DNA from: Lingula anatina
Taxonomy: Eukaryota; Animalia; Brachiopoda
NCBI GenBank assembly: GCA_051362555.1
Contig: CM120640.1
Coordinates: 12,710,001-12,774,000 of the forward strand
Direction: 5' to 3'
Length of the DNA: 64,000 nt
Numbering within the stretch: position 1 is the stretch's first letter; the number at the start of each line of letters is the position of its first letter. The notes beneath the pieces were generated by a model. The model was given only the letters and a program-made list of their open reading frames with translations. It had not been told where the DNA came from and searched no databases. Shown here one piece after another: positions 14,631 to 29,590 of this stretch. Made by a program: the position numbers and the translations under genes.

Positions 14631-17600
14631 GTAAAGTAGCTGTTGAAAATTATTTGCATGATGATCCTTGATTTTTTCATAGTATTATTAATTTCATTTT
14701 TACCATTTATTTATTTTTCATTATTTTATTTTTTAAATTGATTTTCATTTTGTTTTCCAAATATCTAGTTACTGGCTTATTTTGATATTTGAGACATTCG
14801 TCAAATAGGCTACATAAGGATATCCTAAATAGCTGAGGCTGAAAAAGAAAGATTGAAAATAAAGTGCAATTTAAAGTGACATTAAATTAAAATATTACGT
14901 TGCTGCTTAGTATAGTTTTCATAATTAAAGAGATAATAGCATTACTCTGTCAAGCAGCCTAACACAAAACAGGTAAAAGTAAGTCACTTGGTGATAGAGT
15001 ATTTAGAACTGACAAGACCACTACTTACTGAGACATTTGCTTGAAGTAATAATCCATTTTGGATAAGTTCCCCTAGGCAGGAAAGAAGTGCTGCTTGTAC
15101 TGCAGGTTGATCGAATTAAGATTTTTCAGCTGATTCACTCAGTTTCATATTGCTGTTACTATGATGTTCAAGGCTTCGTGAAGATACAAAGATGGAAAGA
15201 TGAATAGTTGTAATGAAAAGTCAAAAGGGAACAATATCTAGTTTGTGTAAGATTCCCTATAACATAAGTTACTGCGAACAGTATTTCCGATAAAAGGGTG
15301 GCACGCACTTGGTCAGTATATCAAGGCATTTTTGTGCCCATTTTAATTAAAATGCAATGACTTGATGTGCTATGTGGGTTGCAAAGCTGACCAGGCTGGT
15401 CAAGTTCATAGTTGATTGGTGTTGGATATGGAGTATTACTGACCAAGTATTACAAGCCTGAAGAATATGCCATGGTTACAGAGACATGATCAGCTCTTTT
15501 GTTGGATCAGCGCTAATTGAAAAAAAAAAACGGGACAAAATTATGAGAAGGATAATGTGGTGTTTATTGTCAGGTGTGAAATTGATGGATTCATAAGATG
15601 GGATTTGCGTATTTGCATAGAAACTAAATTGATTACCAAGGGCAGACGTTTGCTGTAATAATTTACTCTTAAGAGATCCCCCGTGATTGGTTGTGGGAAG
15701 ACGGAGTAAAGCATATCTCTAGGTGTGCAGGACATGAATCACGAGAACTTCCATCAGGATGTTTTTGTATACGTGCCTAGTACTGTAGCATCATATATAG
15801 CTCTTCTCTGTGTAATCCTAGTTTCAGAATAGATTTTCTGAGGGCGTATATCATAGCTAAGAGTGGCTTCGTGACAGTGAAGTGAAATTGCATAGTGCTG
15901 TTGTCTGTGAGAGGAGTCGTGGGTTCCATTAAAAAAGACCATTTGATTTGCATATTTCAAGAGCTACAGACGAGGAGCATATTTATCTGTGGCCTGACAG
16001 CCTTAATTCCATGGATCAGTGTTCAATATTATCAGGAATATGATATTGATAACTATCAAAGGATAAATGCATCATGAAGAGGAAATCATCCTGCAGTGTC
16101 CTAGGAAACATATTAAAATTATTCATTTTCCTTTTTTTTTTAACTTTTTGAAATGAAAAGATGAACCTCCAGTTGTCTGCAGACAGCAAATTATACTGGA
16201 AAGCTGTGATTTTTTCATTCTTTTCTTTGAAGCTTAATTGAAAAAACTGATGCCACTGGTTTACCTGACACTGTTAGTTCTGGTGAAAGACGACCAATTC
16301 TCCTGAGATTCAATTTATTACCTTAATCCCATTAAGTAATGCTTATGACTACAGAATAATTTCATTGAGGAATTAAGAAGAGAACTCCCAGAGGGATGAC
16401 AGTTATTGCTTTTAAAACAACATCGAATTTGTTATTTTTTTTCTTTTTTGGCAAGAGATAAACCTTTGTTCCATCGATTTTACATTGAGAGGAGAAGACT
16501 GAAATACTTAATGGCATTTTAAAAGCTTTCTGTAATCTGACATCAGTTTCCTGTGGCAGTGCCATAACATGACTGACTTTCTGTGGGACATTGTTTTTTT
16601 TTCTGTGGATTGAACTGTTTCTGATCTGTGTATCACTTTGTCTTTGACATTAAGACACTATTTGATCCAAAGAAAGTGGAATTGAGGATAATTCTTAACA
16701 GTGAGTACACAAAAGAGTCTAGTTTTCAGAGTTTTCTCTGTCCAGTATGATGTTGCAGGTTTCCAAGATAGGCATACATCACCACTGAATCACTGAGATG
16801 TCTGGCAGAGATCACACTAAGTACCTAGCTGAGTAGGAAGCGAACTGTGCAAATTGGGGAAATGCACCCCTGTTAATCAAGACCATCACTGTGAACACAG
16901 TATGTTGATTATTTTATCATCATCACACCCCAGAACATACCTAGTATATGTACAGGGCTAGTACACTGGTCAATATTTGATGACCATGTCAGAAAGGAAC
17001 ATGGCAAGAAAAGTCCAAGTGACTGTTGGCAAGCAGACAAAGACAGGGGAGACTGCTAAGACTGTGCAGGTAGGGAGAGAAATAGAGGTGTCGTCAGGGA
17101 GAGAAAAGGGCATCGATTTAGTTAAATTGTATTGGCAATATATTAGTATGCTGTAGTTAGTGTGAAAAGGGGAGTGGCTGATCAATTCTCTTGAGGTGAG
17201 GGTGATACAGGTGGTAAAAGGTGGGGTGGAGCAGGGGAGGGGTCTGAAGCACTTTGGATTAAAGACTTTGTCAAAATGTCTTTTAAGGTATATAGTGCAG
17301 TAGTAGCAAAAAGATTGTCTACTGCACTTAGGTAATCATGTATGCTTTAAGACTATTGTCATACAGAAAATAGTCTGTCTAGACAAAAGGTAATGCAAAT
17401 TGCTCTTATCAGCTTTTGGTGTTCAGTTTTCATCATATTCATTAATTGGAGTTTGACATTATTTTTTAAACAGGGATATTTGTTTTATGGACAACTTGTT
17501 TTCCTTATACACTGCAAGTTGTTTTATTGTGTGATAGTCTTTTATGGTTAAGCACTTACCAGTGCAGCAACAAACGCAATGGAAGAGACAAAAAGGGCCT

Positions 17601-20600
17601 TACAGTGCCCCAGATGTTTTTGAAAATGTCACTTTGCCTGGGTGATATTGTGTGTCACCTTTTCTGACAATTGACAACATAATCACTCCCTTGCCAACCT
17701 ATAAATGACACTTAGAAAGGACATGTTACCAAAATTTTGTCATTCAGGACAATGGTATAGTTGTGATTTGAAACTGGTAAAAGACCTCCCACTTCTCTTA
17801 GGTGGAGAAGTTAGATTTATTATTGTTATTTGTCATGGTTTTGCACATGCAGCTGCCCATAGCTTTTTGCTTGTGTAGTCTTCACCTTCTGACTCTGTTA
17901 AATATGTCCTTATTTTCAACATGTTTATTACAGTAGAAAGAATGGATTCCTTTCAATTGTTGACATAGAATCACTACTTCTTACTTTTCATTCCTTATCT
18001 TTTCAGTAAATGCTTTTTGACACAAGGTTCATATTAGAACTAATGAAATGAAAGTTATAAAAATGTATGGTGGTAAAATATGAAAGTACAAAACATCAGG
18101 ACTAGTGTGAGAATTGACTTTCAAAGACATTTTTATCAGAGCTTGCTGACTTTATTGAACCTAAAGATGTATGTCACTTCCTAATTTTCTGCACAGCTGA
18201 TCTTCCTTTCAACTGACAATACTTCACTTGGACTAATTTCATGCCTGTCATCTGTTCCACTTCGCTTCTTATGGTTTTACACCTTACAGAGAGATGTTTT
18301 TTTTAAATCATATTTGCCTTTGCTTCACACTGTGTAAAAAAATTCCCCTACATTGTTCCATATGCATCCTCAGAACTTTTTGTTATTTTGAAGAAGCTGA
18401 AAAACAAAAGGTTTGTATTTGACATATAGTATTCACCTGTCTGTTTTATGCCCTTTCCTTTCTCCTCCCCTTGTTTATTTATGCAAGTTTGTCCTTACCA
18501 GGTCTTGTCACATCAAACACATTAAGGATCATTAAAAAAGTCATTGTCAGTAAGTTTGCTAGCCTACTTAATCGAATGAATTCACTTTAAGTTGACTACC
18601 TGACTTTAAGAAGATATATGGCAAGTTTTTTTTTAATCTGCTGCAACTGTATGCAGATTAAATGTCTCTTTGGTGTACTTCTAGTAGTTCTAGTTTACTT
18701 TTGTTGATATGATTATTTCAATGTTGTCATGGGCTTGGCAGATGGATTAACTAGAAGTGCGTATTTAATCCTTTAAAAATGTAAATTTAAACACATCATG
18801 TGTAGATGACTGAAATCAGCATTGTTATATATATCCAGACACCCAAACCTTCTTTAATAACACTATCAGGTTCCTGTTGGGGTAGATCTTTTAAAGTGTG
18901 GAAAGAGCGAAGTTGTTGATGGAGTTAACACTGTTAAGGTGACAGGTGGACTGATCAGTATGTCCAGTTTCATTAGAAAACTAATAAGTGGACAAGAGTA
19001 GACCAGGCTAGAAGTGGTGCACCAAAAGTTTCAAGTTAAAAGCTAGGTTGACATTGAGAAGAGAGCTGCACCATTACGACCAGGTGATGAATACACCATG
19101 ATGAACACTGAGGTTGGTTGACCACATCTTTCCTAAAAATACTTTTCTAGGAGAGTTTACATCATGAGAAAAAAGGAGAAAAAAACACTGCAAGTAAATT
19201 TCAGCGAACTTCAAGAATTTTCCTCTTGAACAGAAAATTTCTGAAATTCACTGGGACAGAGTATCTGAGTGGAAAATACCCCAAAATATTTGGGGTAACC
19301 AAATCCTTAATGAAATTTACCTTTGGAAATAGATACTAAATGGAGGTAGGTAAGGGGAAGGGATCAATGTATTTGTGCATTGTTCATAATTTTCAATCTG
19401 TTTCTGATTCATGATATTTATTCTTTTGTTCATGTCCACATATGGAGAATTAGATGGTTTTGATTGCTGTAAAAAGGAAAATTGTTAAACTTTCCAACGC
19501 AATTACGTGAGAAATGGGCCAACTAGGACCGACCTATTTTTTAAGCACAAGCCTTTAGTAGAGCTGCTAGATGCATTGGTAAATGGTTTACCTTAAACAA
19601 CTTTTCAAGGCCAAGGAGATTGTCTTATATATACATGTATTAGGTCTGAAATTCAGTCAGTAGTAATTCTAGTTTTTACTGAAAAATATTGCTTCTAACT
19701 TTTTCACTTGAATATGAAACATATATTGCAAAATCCTTTATTCTCTCTGTTTGCTTACTTCCTATGTATAAGTGTTATATGCTGAACAACCTGGATATTT
19801 CCATAATTTCCTGTAGAAGGTAGCTTTGATGCTCCAGACAGAGCAATTAAGTGGAAAATGACGGCAATGCAATTACACAATCCATCTGTTAGTGCATAAT
19901 GGAGATCTCCTGTAATGCATTATTGTCCTTTTGTAGTAATCAAGAGATGATGAGATTTAGGCATCATTAATTAGAAAAAAAATAGACAATGTCTATATTG
20001 GAAATAAAAACTTGAAATAGTTTGCCATAGAGGGAGCATAGTTGGTATGTTGGAAGTAAGTGTGCCATCTCTTTTGCGTTTAAATATATCTGCGCTTTGT
20101 TTAGGAGTAGCAGCTGATAAATTATTTGATGGTGTAGTAATTCATGGAATCACTTGGATTTCTGGCATATATGTAACTGTGAATGAGAGTTGATCTGCCC
20201 TGGTTATCAATGGGTCTTCTCTGGTTTGATTTGAAATTTGATTTTATGATTTAAATGGGTTTTATTTCTTTTGAAATTATATTGAATTGTTAACCCGATG
20301 CCTTATTTCTATAAGGCAACCTAGATACCTTTTGCTAAAATATTAATTCAAATCAAATTGTCAACCCTTCTATGAAAAGAAGGTAAAAGCTTTCCATCTC
20401 TGCTGGTCCACACCTGGTTTAATGTACTTGTCTCATTATTGATGGGTGGGAGGTCAGTTTAAGTGAAAATCAATGTGACCTGAAATAGTCCACCCCCACT
20501 GGTTCTGTTCACAGTTCCAGATGACCAGTGCCCTTTGTAGGTACTGATGTCCAACATGACATGGTCTGACCTTGACCAGACATGAACCATGATTACGATA

Positions 20601-21001
20601 AACACCTGCAGATAGGATATAGAGCAAACTTGGAAGGCATGATTAATGCTAATTGTATATTTTCTTATCCGATTAATTCTTTTTAATATGTTTATTTCCT
20701 TTTTAAAAAAGATGTCGGCTGTAAGGTCCTTTACAGTCATTTAGGTGGAAGAGAGGGATCCATGGCAGATCCAAATAAATGCAAACGCAAAGTTTGGGAG
20801 TGATTGACCACCCCCAGACTCTTAGAAATAGGAATATTTTTCAGCAAGTCATGAATATAAATGATAATAAGGGAAATTTGTATACTTTTAGTAGTTTAAA
20901 ATACTTGCACTCAACAAGCAGATCAAGTTCTGTCTGAAATTTTGCATATACCTTCAACCATATGTATTGATTAGGTGTATGTCTGAGGAGAGCTAAGGTA
21001 A

Positions 21002-21048
21002 TGTGTGTGTGTGTGTGAGAGAGAGAGAAAGGAAGAAGAAGAAGAAGA
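21002..21048. repeat. Compound (TG)n(AG)n(AAG)n microsatellite
   Basis: Read directly. Confidence 0.9.
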
Positions 21049-21424
21049 GGTTCTGTACCTACTCAAGGCATTTTGCAAACTTTATCTAAATGATTGTGAC
21101 TCAGACCAGCATGACGCTGGTAACATGCTGGCTTTTACTTGTCCATATTATGCAATAAGGAAGTAGGCACATATATTATCACTAAAGCATCCAAGCTGTT
21201 GGAAATGTCAGTAGGCCCCATGGAATTATTAAATGTATATCACCCTCCAGGTGTAGTTTATGAATCAGAACTAAATGTGTGTTCAGCGCTGTTCATGTCC
21301 ATAATGCACCAGAGTGGTGTACTTCTCGAAATTGTGCCTCCATTTTTGACATGCAATGTGCAATGTAGGTAATCCTAACTTGAACAGCTACTTAAAACTC
21401 GAAAGGCATACTCTCTGCATAGGA

Positions 21425-21672
21425 AAATGTCCAAAGCCAATTATATTCTAAGCCTGCATATTCTGCAAAGCTACATGTACTTAATTATCTTTCAAATCCA
21501 AACCTTAAAATTGATAAAAAGTACCTGATATTGATATTTCCTTATGACATATACAGGAAGGCGTGGTGGTCTAAGTGACTGGCCAGTCATTTAGAATTAT
21601 ATTGTATAATTAAAAGTTTTATAAAAACCCAATTACAAGGATGATTGGGAAATGATTCTCAAGTAGGAAAAA
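21425..21672 (+). repeat. Dispersed repeat, copy B (homologous to 12432-12680)
   Basis: Same blocks as copy A, same orientation, about 9 kb apart. Confidence 0.75.
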
Positions 21673-23593
21673 TATTTTTTCAAGTAAAACTCAATTTGCA
21701 GGGGAATTTAGATAACTTAAATATTGATATCCTAAATTTACAATAAAGCAGCAGCCTCAGTTTTAAGGTCTTGTAGGCAGTATATAGATGCATGACTGTA
21801 TTGGATATGTTTTTACTTTGATAATTATTGATTTTTCTTTTTTGTGTAATTGCGTGACCATAATCTTACATAGGTGTATAGAACAATCTTATCCTGGCAG
21901 AAATCAATTGGGCATGTATGTGATATGAAATTAAACATTACTCAAAAATTGAAGATAATGCTATACACCAAGTAATATATTGGCCCTTCTGGTTTGAAGC
22001 ATAGTATAAAAAGGAAACTTGTAGAATGCTTTATGCCTTTAGTGTAAATGGACAATTTTGATAAGAATACTACTCTTTCTATTCAAATTAATGTGCTTTA
22101 ATATTGGATGCTGGCCAGTGCACAGTGATGACATTACCTGCCCAATAACAACAAATTTAGGTTTTTTCAACTAGGCCACTTCATCTTAAATATATTATAG
22201 TTGAATGTAGCACTCCCAACTTTAAGAGGCCAGAATGTAATGGAACATAAGGGAAAGTTGAACATGCCAATGTGTTTTAATAGTTATCACAGTAAATTGT
22301 GCAGGTATCCAGTTGCTATCTTCATAGCTAGTGTAGCTCACCTGAATTATGAGGTTGCATTTAAACAGGGTTCCTTAAGGGTGATTAATGTACAACTACT
22401 GGTCTTCTTTCTTCTGAACAGTCCAAATATAGCCATGCCGCTTCACTTTTGAAAAATGATCAGATCATTTGGAGATTGCAGTTTTAATGTGATTACTTAA
22501 CTGCGTTAAGGGTCATCTTGGCAAGTATGAGTAATGTACCGAATAGAAAGATAGACAAGAATTTATGTAAGATATTAAGATGGATATTGCACACATTTGA
22601 AGCATCTTTTTCATTTTGGGTTCCTACTACTGCCCAGTTTTACACACTATATGTCAGGGATTCTTAAGATGCATGTCTTAACTGCATAGAGGCCTCTTAT
22701 GAAGTGCAGGGTGTATATATTCATAGATTATTTCTTTTATAAAAGATGTCAATTTCAATTAAAAAAGAACGTGGGAATGCATTGGAGAAACATGCCCTAT
22801 GGGATTTTAAAAAGACAGTCTGCTCATGATCTGTATCATAATCTGTGCATTGTTTTGTGCAAGTACCTCAAGTTGTGACGTTCAAAATAATATTATGTGT
22901 CCAAGAAGCTCACCTAAAACTCACAGAGTATATTATTCCTAGTGCACAGTGTACCCAATATTTGTTTGGAATTATATTTCACACCTGGGTACTTCATGTT
23001 TGGTGGTAGATTTGATGAAAGTTAGCAAGCTCTAAGCATGGAACACTTAGCATACTCTCAGCCTTTGGGCAAAAGGCACAGGTGAGAAAATTCAACTGTC
23101 TCTTTTTGTCGCCACATGCAGTGTTGTGTGCCATTGTAGGTGTAAAGAGAATATTGCATGACACTTACTCCGCCTTATTTCTTGTATTAAAAATCATTGA
23201 TGTGTGATTTGCCAAGAAAAAAAAATGCACAAAATGTTAAAACTATCAGAATGTAGGGCATCAGGTTAATATATAGTGGAAGATATATTTACTTTTCCTT
23301 ATATACTGGAGTAAAAAAAGGAAAAATGTGATTGATGGGGACGCAAGAGATTCCTTTTTTTCCCCACTGCATTGAGTTGTTGAGAGTCTCAAGATGTCTC
23401 TAGTCTGACTTTATTAGACAGTCTGTAATGAGAAGGGTCCAGCTAATCTTATAGGCACAATTGCATGTTTTTCATTGCCACATTCTTTGAGATGTGCAGA
23501 TATCTTTGTGGCAAGTTCATGTTATGCTAGGATTTTCTGCAGGTTATGTTGCATTCTGTTAAGAGGTTTGGGTGAAGCAGCAGTTGCAGCTGT

Positions 23594-23617
23594 ATGGTGG
23601 AGATGAGCAAACTACAG
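23594..23617 (+). CDS. Candidate alternative coding start (MVEMSKLQ)
   Basis: ATG GTG GAG ATG AGC AAA CTA CAG|GTAAGA, phase 0; an acceptor TTTTCTGCAG ends at 23542. Could be chance. Confidence 0.2.
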
Positions 23618-26600
23618 GTAAGACAGCTAATGATCCTGAAGTTGAAATAGAGTAATAGAACTCTTACTTCACTCTGAATTTAAAACTGTTTAGTAATTAC
23701 CAACTTACACTTCAATTAGGATGAAAGAGCAGGCTTTTATTTGATGTTTTTAAAAAACTTTTCTGTGGCAAAGGTGTGTTTGATAGTTTTGATAAGGTAA
23801 CTTCTAGATCGTTAGAGCAGTGACTGGATGGAACTTTTTGCACCTCTTCTAATTGTGCCAGTGAAAGCACACTAAAGATAAAGATACATGGGTGTAATTT
23901 TATGAAATATTTTTGTAGTGAAAAATGCATTTCTAGATATAAATATAGGAAAAGATACTGTGCAGAGGAAACACAGTCTGTGTCAACTTGGACACAGTGC
24001 CATTGCAGTATCAAGCAGGTAGAGGTAGACTCAGTGTCCATGCCACCAGTATGCTGGGAGGGTTATGTTAGCTGTTCCCTCACAGGTGTGATAGGTGAGA
24101 CAGGAGGTCATCTGGCTGGACTGCTTGGACATCTGACTTCACCTGGGGCTATAGACACTTATGGCTTTGAAATATAATAGTCCTGTTACTTCCATTTAAA
24201 AATAAAATGAAAGATTTCAAAGCATATTTTTTATGGAACTTAAAAGGCAACTTTTGGATAGGAAGGTTCACACTGCTGATATCGAGTGAAAATATCAAAT
24301 TATTGAATTTGTGTTTGGTTATGTTGTACATACTAGAAAATTGCTGAGACACCAGAATTGTTTCACTGAATCCATGGAATTCTCCTTTCAGGTTACTTAT
24401 CAAATGTAACAATCTATCTAATTAACCCAGTGTATAACATTAATTTTATTAATAAGATGTATAAGATCATTGATAAATTATTACATTAATTTTAATGTAA
24501 CTACTCCTTGAATTTTTAAAAGTTTTTTATATTGAAAATTAATTTAGGCAAAACAGATTTTATGTCCTTTCTTCTGTAATTGAAGATATGCTGTTCAATT
24601 AAAACTTAAGATTAATTCCACCCATTACATGTTGTAGCAGCTGTGTGTATTTATTTAATCAGACATCCCAGGTGCATATTATATTATCTTACCTGAATGC
24701 TAGCACCTTGGTGTTAAAATAGGTTCACATATGTTGGAAACACATCTCTTGCATCAAGCCGTTTATCTGTGCAAGCTAGGCTGATAGAAGAAACAAGATG
24801 GACAAGTGTTAGTGTACACCTGGGGCTGGTTGGGGAGTATCTAGGGGGAACTGTTTACATATCAGGGTCTTCATTATCTGTAAACATGTGCATGTAATAA
24901 ACAGGAATCTACAGTACATGTGCCATCATTTATTACAGGTACTGTGCCATACCATGTGCAGCCCAATATAACATGTCCATGGAGACATAATTTTTGCAAT
25001 TATCATATCAGTTATTGATCTTCGTGTGTTTTTAGCAGTTTTTTCAGCTGCTGCTAACTGAGTAGAAATAACATTAGTTATACCTTCACATTGTAGCAAA
25101 TGTTCACTCCAACTATTGTTTGGGTGTTGCTTATTCTGTTTTTGTCAACTTGTTTATTTTATTGGAACTATGTGGGTGGTCTTGCTGTAAAAAAATTTAA
25201 TTAATCTTCATCCATCTTTCAGTTTTCTAATGATATGTGGTTCTTGAGGAGTGCTTTTTTGTTGGAGTTGTTTATTTTGCTGTAACAGTTAGATCATGGA
25301 CATTGCACTGGTTCCAGGCACCCACACACTATTTTGTTTTCACATTCCATGGATTTCTTGTCAAATTGTAAAAGAAAACACCCTAGGATAACTTTCAGAG
25401 TCAGTGTTGTGTCAAAATGTTATGTTATTTTCCTTCAGTTACTCCACATTTAGTGTTTTGAGGTGGCTGTGTAATTTAAATAAAAAGATGTCGAAAATTT
25501 TGTTCATTCCTTGTTGCCCTTGCTGCATGTTCTTTGTGCAGGACCTTCTTTGGCAGATCTAACACCAACAAAAAAAGGTTTCTAGATCTTTGAAATACCC
25601 CAACAGCATTTTGCAACAAAGCAGAATTTGAATATTCTGTAATCTCTGTACAGGCTGAATTATGATTTCTGGCCAGACAGCACTCTTTTCTTGTGCTATA
25701 ATATGCTGATATCACTTATGTAATAATAAGATCAATAAGAAAACCAAGCATATTCAGTACTAGTTCATTTGGCACATAAAATCAGCATATTTGCTCTATA
25801 CAGAGAATATTTAAATTACTTAGCAACTTTCTGCACATTAACATCATGAATTACAGGTAGATCAACATTTGTTTTTATCAAATTCAGTATGTTTGATTGA
25901 TAGGTAAACGATTTATTGACCTATTGAGTGGAATTGGCACCAGGCAGCTGTTCTCTTGTTTGCAAACATGAACATGTGCAGAGATGCTTGTTTGCCAGAT
26001 TTGTAGAAATCTAAGGTAGAGATTTGGTCTAAAACCTAGTCTTCTGAGTCTTATTTTGCATAGGTAAAGTCAGTTGACATATATCATGTGTTACGTATAG
26101 CAACAGGAAGATGTCTTCCTTTTTTTTTTTTTTTTTTGTACTTCAGGGTATACTTGAATAGCTATGTACATGAGCACAAACAAAAACTGACAAAAACACT
26201 TGCATTTTTCGTAGTTAAATGGTGTTTCCTTATATGATTTCATTGTGGCCTGTGCAGTCACAGTTTGTCCAAATTTGATAGTGAAAACTTACAAAAAAAA
26301 AAAAAAAAAAAAAAGTGAACTCCACTATGTAACACATGTAACCTCTGTTTTAGCTCATCAGTGAATAATTAGTTTCCACAAGTGACATCCGCAAGATTGT
26401 CTGAAATGAGGCATCAAATTATGTGACAGGCCATATCTTTTAGGGGCTTCTAAAGGAATTTGCTGCAGTCTGTAGGGGATAGAGATCGAGCCAACAGATG
26501 GTGAAGTGGTGTATGATTCACTCCCAGCAGAGCCTGGGGATTGGGGAGCTAAAAGCTTTCACTTGTCTTGCTGTTGAAACCCTGTGTTTTTCAGAGAGGT

Positions 26601-27841
26601 GAAAGTCTCCATGTCTCCTGGAACAGTAATGTACATTGTCATATAGTGTCTGGTGTGTGTCTTAGGGAATAGGATGATTGAGTTGCAATTAAGCATTAAT
26701 CACATAAGGGATTGTAACAAAAGTTTCTGATAATCCACACAGCTTGATTTGCCACAAACTCTTTCATAAATTGTAGGTATTAATCAGCAAATGTATGTTT
26801 TGTGCCTCAGAGTTGGATGAGGGTCATTTTGTCAATTTTGAAACTCGCACCATTTGTGTACTGGTTCAAAGCAAGCTCATTCATGTCATTTCTATAAGAG
26901 AAACTATAGTTTAAATGTAAATTAAAAAAAAAAAATGCATAGCTCGATTCTATAGTTCAAATATATTTTAATAGGAAATATACATAGATTGGTAAAGTTT
27001 CAGCAATCCCTGTATTGATTACTACCAATTTAAAAAGTTTGAAAGTCTTTAGACTGTTATCAGACTATATGATTGTATTATACATGTAATCAGTTTTAGC
27101 TTATGGGTTCATTGCAAAATATGTAGAATAAAAAATCCATGTCTGCAATAAGTACAACTAAATCAATGCTACAAATCAAGTTAGCATATTTAAACCAGTG
27201 CAGCTTCAATCCAGGTAATGCAGTGGAACTAGTAATACATATAAGTCAGTATAATGTTTCTGAAGGTTCGGTGCATCCCTCAATTCAGCTATGAATACTT
27301 GCACTTTTCTGAGAGTTTCGAATGCCACAGAGGAGCCTCATGCATTGAGAAGTTTTGATGAAAGCAATGCTGACTATTCTGGTTCTGAGTGCATATTGTG
27401 GATTTTGAGAAAGAAAAAAAAATTTTTTCCACTGCTGCTCTTAAAACAACAGGTGCACCAAAAATTGCAAGAAGCACTACCTTAAACTGAAAAGCTACCT
27501 TCATTGCCAAAAGATGAGATGAATGGCTACCAGTATGTTTTTTGTTCAAGTGAAAAGAAAATGACTGGAAACTTAAGAATTTGAAAAACTCTTACAGCTG
27601 AGTCAGACACTTGGTGTGTTAAAAAGCTACTTTTCCTGAGGTACTTGTAACAGACAAGAGCTGGTGATTTTCAGGTAAACATATCCCAGACACCTCTATA
27701 GCAGTACATGCTTGTAGGATTTTCAGAAGACAACCCAGAGCAAACGTTTTCTTGTAAACATTTTGTCTTAAAACTCCTCCGCCTTGTTTATGGCAGTCAG
27801 GACAGATTGATCCATGACCCCACCCCTAACAAGAAACACAA

Positions 27842-28023
27842 CAGGGCAGTAGCCAGCAATTTCAAAGGGGGGGGGGGGGGCTTTTTCTATATTGAACCTT
27901 AACATACCATGAATCTTTCATGTATCTAGTTCAAATTTTACCAAGAGCACACCTTTTCCCAGCAAAAAAGGGTGGTTTCTTTCTAACCCCCCCTCCCCCA
28001 ACCTGCCCCTAGCTACAGATCTG
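27842..28023. mobile_element. Degenerate non-autonomous DNA transposon (CAGGG..GTAGCCAG-type MITE with G/C runs)
   Basis: Left end CAGGGCAGTAGCCAG followed by a G14 run; right end C-runs then CCTAGCTACAGATCTG (reverse complement CAGATCTGTAGCTAG). Imperfect TIRs, no clean TSD. Confidence 0.5.
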
Positions 28024-29439
28024 TACAATGCTGCTAATATTGGTTATTTTCAGAATATCCAGATTCATTGTTGCTCAGGTATATATAATATAATATAATA
28101 TGAAAACAAAGGTAAATTATTGTCCCAGATATGCCAGATATGCGTAAATGTATTCTGGCAGCAGTGTGCTTTTGCAGAAACTGTATCATTTGTCTTTAAT
28201 CCATCACTTAAAAATGTCTAGACAATGTATACTCGTGTACTTTAGCATGTTTAAATGCTGGTGTCATTCAATAATTTTAGTCAACAAATATTGTATACAC
28301 TATTAATGAAATTAAATTGGAGACTTAAGAAAAACATTTGATGGCACTCACAGTATATTTTCATTGATCTGTGTGTCATTAACTGAGACACCTTAGAGAA
28401 TAAATGAAATAGGTACAGAAAAAGATATTAAGAACATGCTTTTACCTCTATCCGAATGTGTTTTCAAAAGCCTCATCATTTTACCACATAGCAGCCAACG
28501 TTGCTTTTATAAAAAGCCTGTGTAATATTGGCCTATACCAAGTAGTTATATTGATTTAGTTTTAAGCATTCTACCCATTAGCCAGATTACAACCATCAAG
28601 TACATCAAGTTCTGTAACTGAAGGCTTCAGAAAATGACTTCAGTTCTATCATTGTTGGATTGGCCTATCATTGTATCACACTTATTGATTCATTTTGCAC
28701 CAGACACTCTTCGTCTCTTTTCTGAGTCCTCTTCCATTCCCAAAAAATCCATAGTTACCCCAGGGGTTAGGAAACAAAAATATTCTGACTGTATGATGTA
28801 CAATTGGGTGTGATAAATAGCCTTAGTTGGATATTTAAGGGACACAAAGCCAGTTGTGAACATGTTTAACAAATAATGTATAATTAAGAGTTCCATACTC
28901 GTTCAATACAAGCACCCTTACAGATTCAATGAGGGATTCCATGAATAAGGCATATAGCCATGTGCAAAATCTTATTCATGATTACAGAATATTGGGGCGA
29001 TGTTTCTGCTCAAATTGGTTTCCATCATAAATTTACTGAAAGAGCGAACACAAATTGCTGCCAGTGTTGTCTTCTTCAAGCTGGCTGCTTATTGTATTAT
29101 TAATTAATCTCTGGTAATGTAAATGAACAGACTGTGAGAATTGACAGACAGTCAGCAGCATTTTTTTTCACAGTAATGCTTGACACAATATTTGCGGAAG
29201 AAGTCATTTCCTAGAAGCCTAAAACCTAAGGATAAGGGGGACGCCACAACTGGAAGCTAGGTGGATCATCAGCTTTCTGTCAACTTAATTACTATTGATC
29301 AAGGCTCTAATATTGCAAATAATGGACTGATTACCAAAAGAGACTTGACTAATTTCACATCATAGTGAGAAAGAAAGAGAAGGGCACTGGGTGGATGATA
29401 ACACTGCGATAGCACCACTTGTCACATCCTGACTCTGAG

Positions 29440-29590
29440 GAACTTGACGCGAGGGGAAAGTGCGGGCAACAGGGGAGAGTGACGCAGGGGAGTCATTAGT
29501 TGCAAGGGAGATAACAGCACAGCTACTATTTTATCACTAATGCAGCTGGAGAATTCTCATCAACTCGAGTTTTATAGATCAAAGGGCTGA
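29440..29590 (+). promoter_or_regulatory. Putative cis-regulatory module: 2x TGACGC(G)AGGGGA plus optimal TCF/LEF site
   Basis: TGACGC at 29445 and 29480, each followed by AGGGGA; AGATCAAAGGG at 29576-29586; CpG locally retained. Confidence 0.35.

Noticed and set aside
24086-24094. 9-nt microexon-like CAG|GTGTGATAG|GTGAGA
   Set aside because: Contains stops in the phase-0 frame, has a short pyrimidine tract, and has no supporting evidence.
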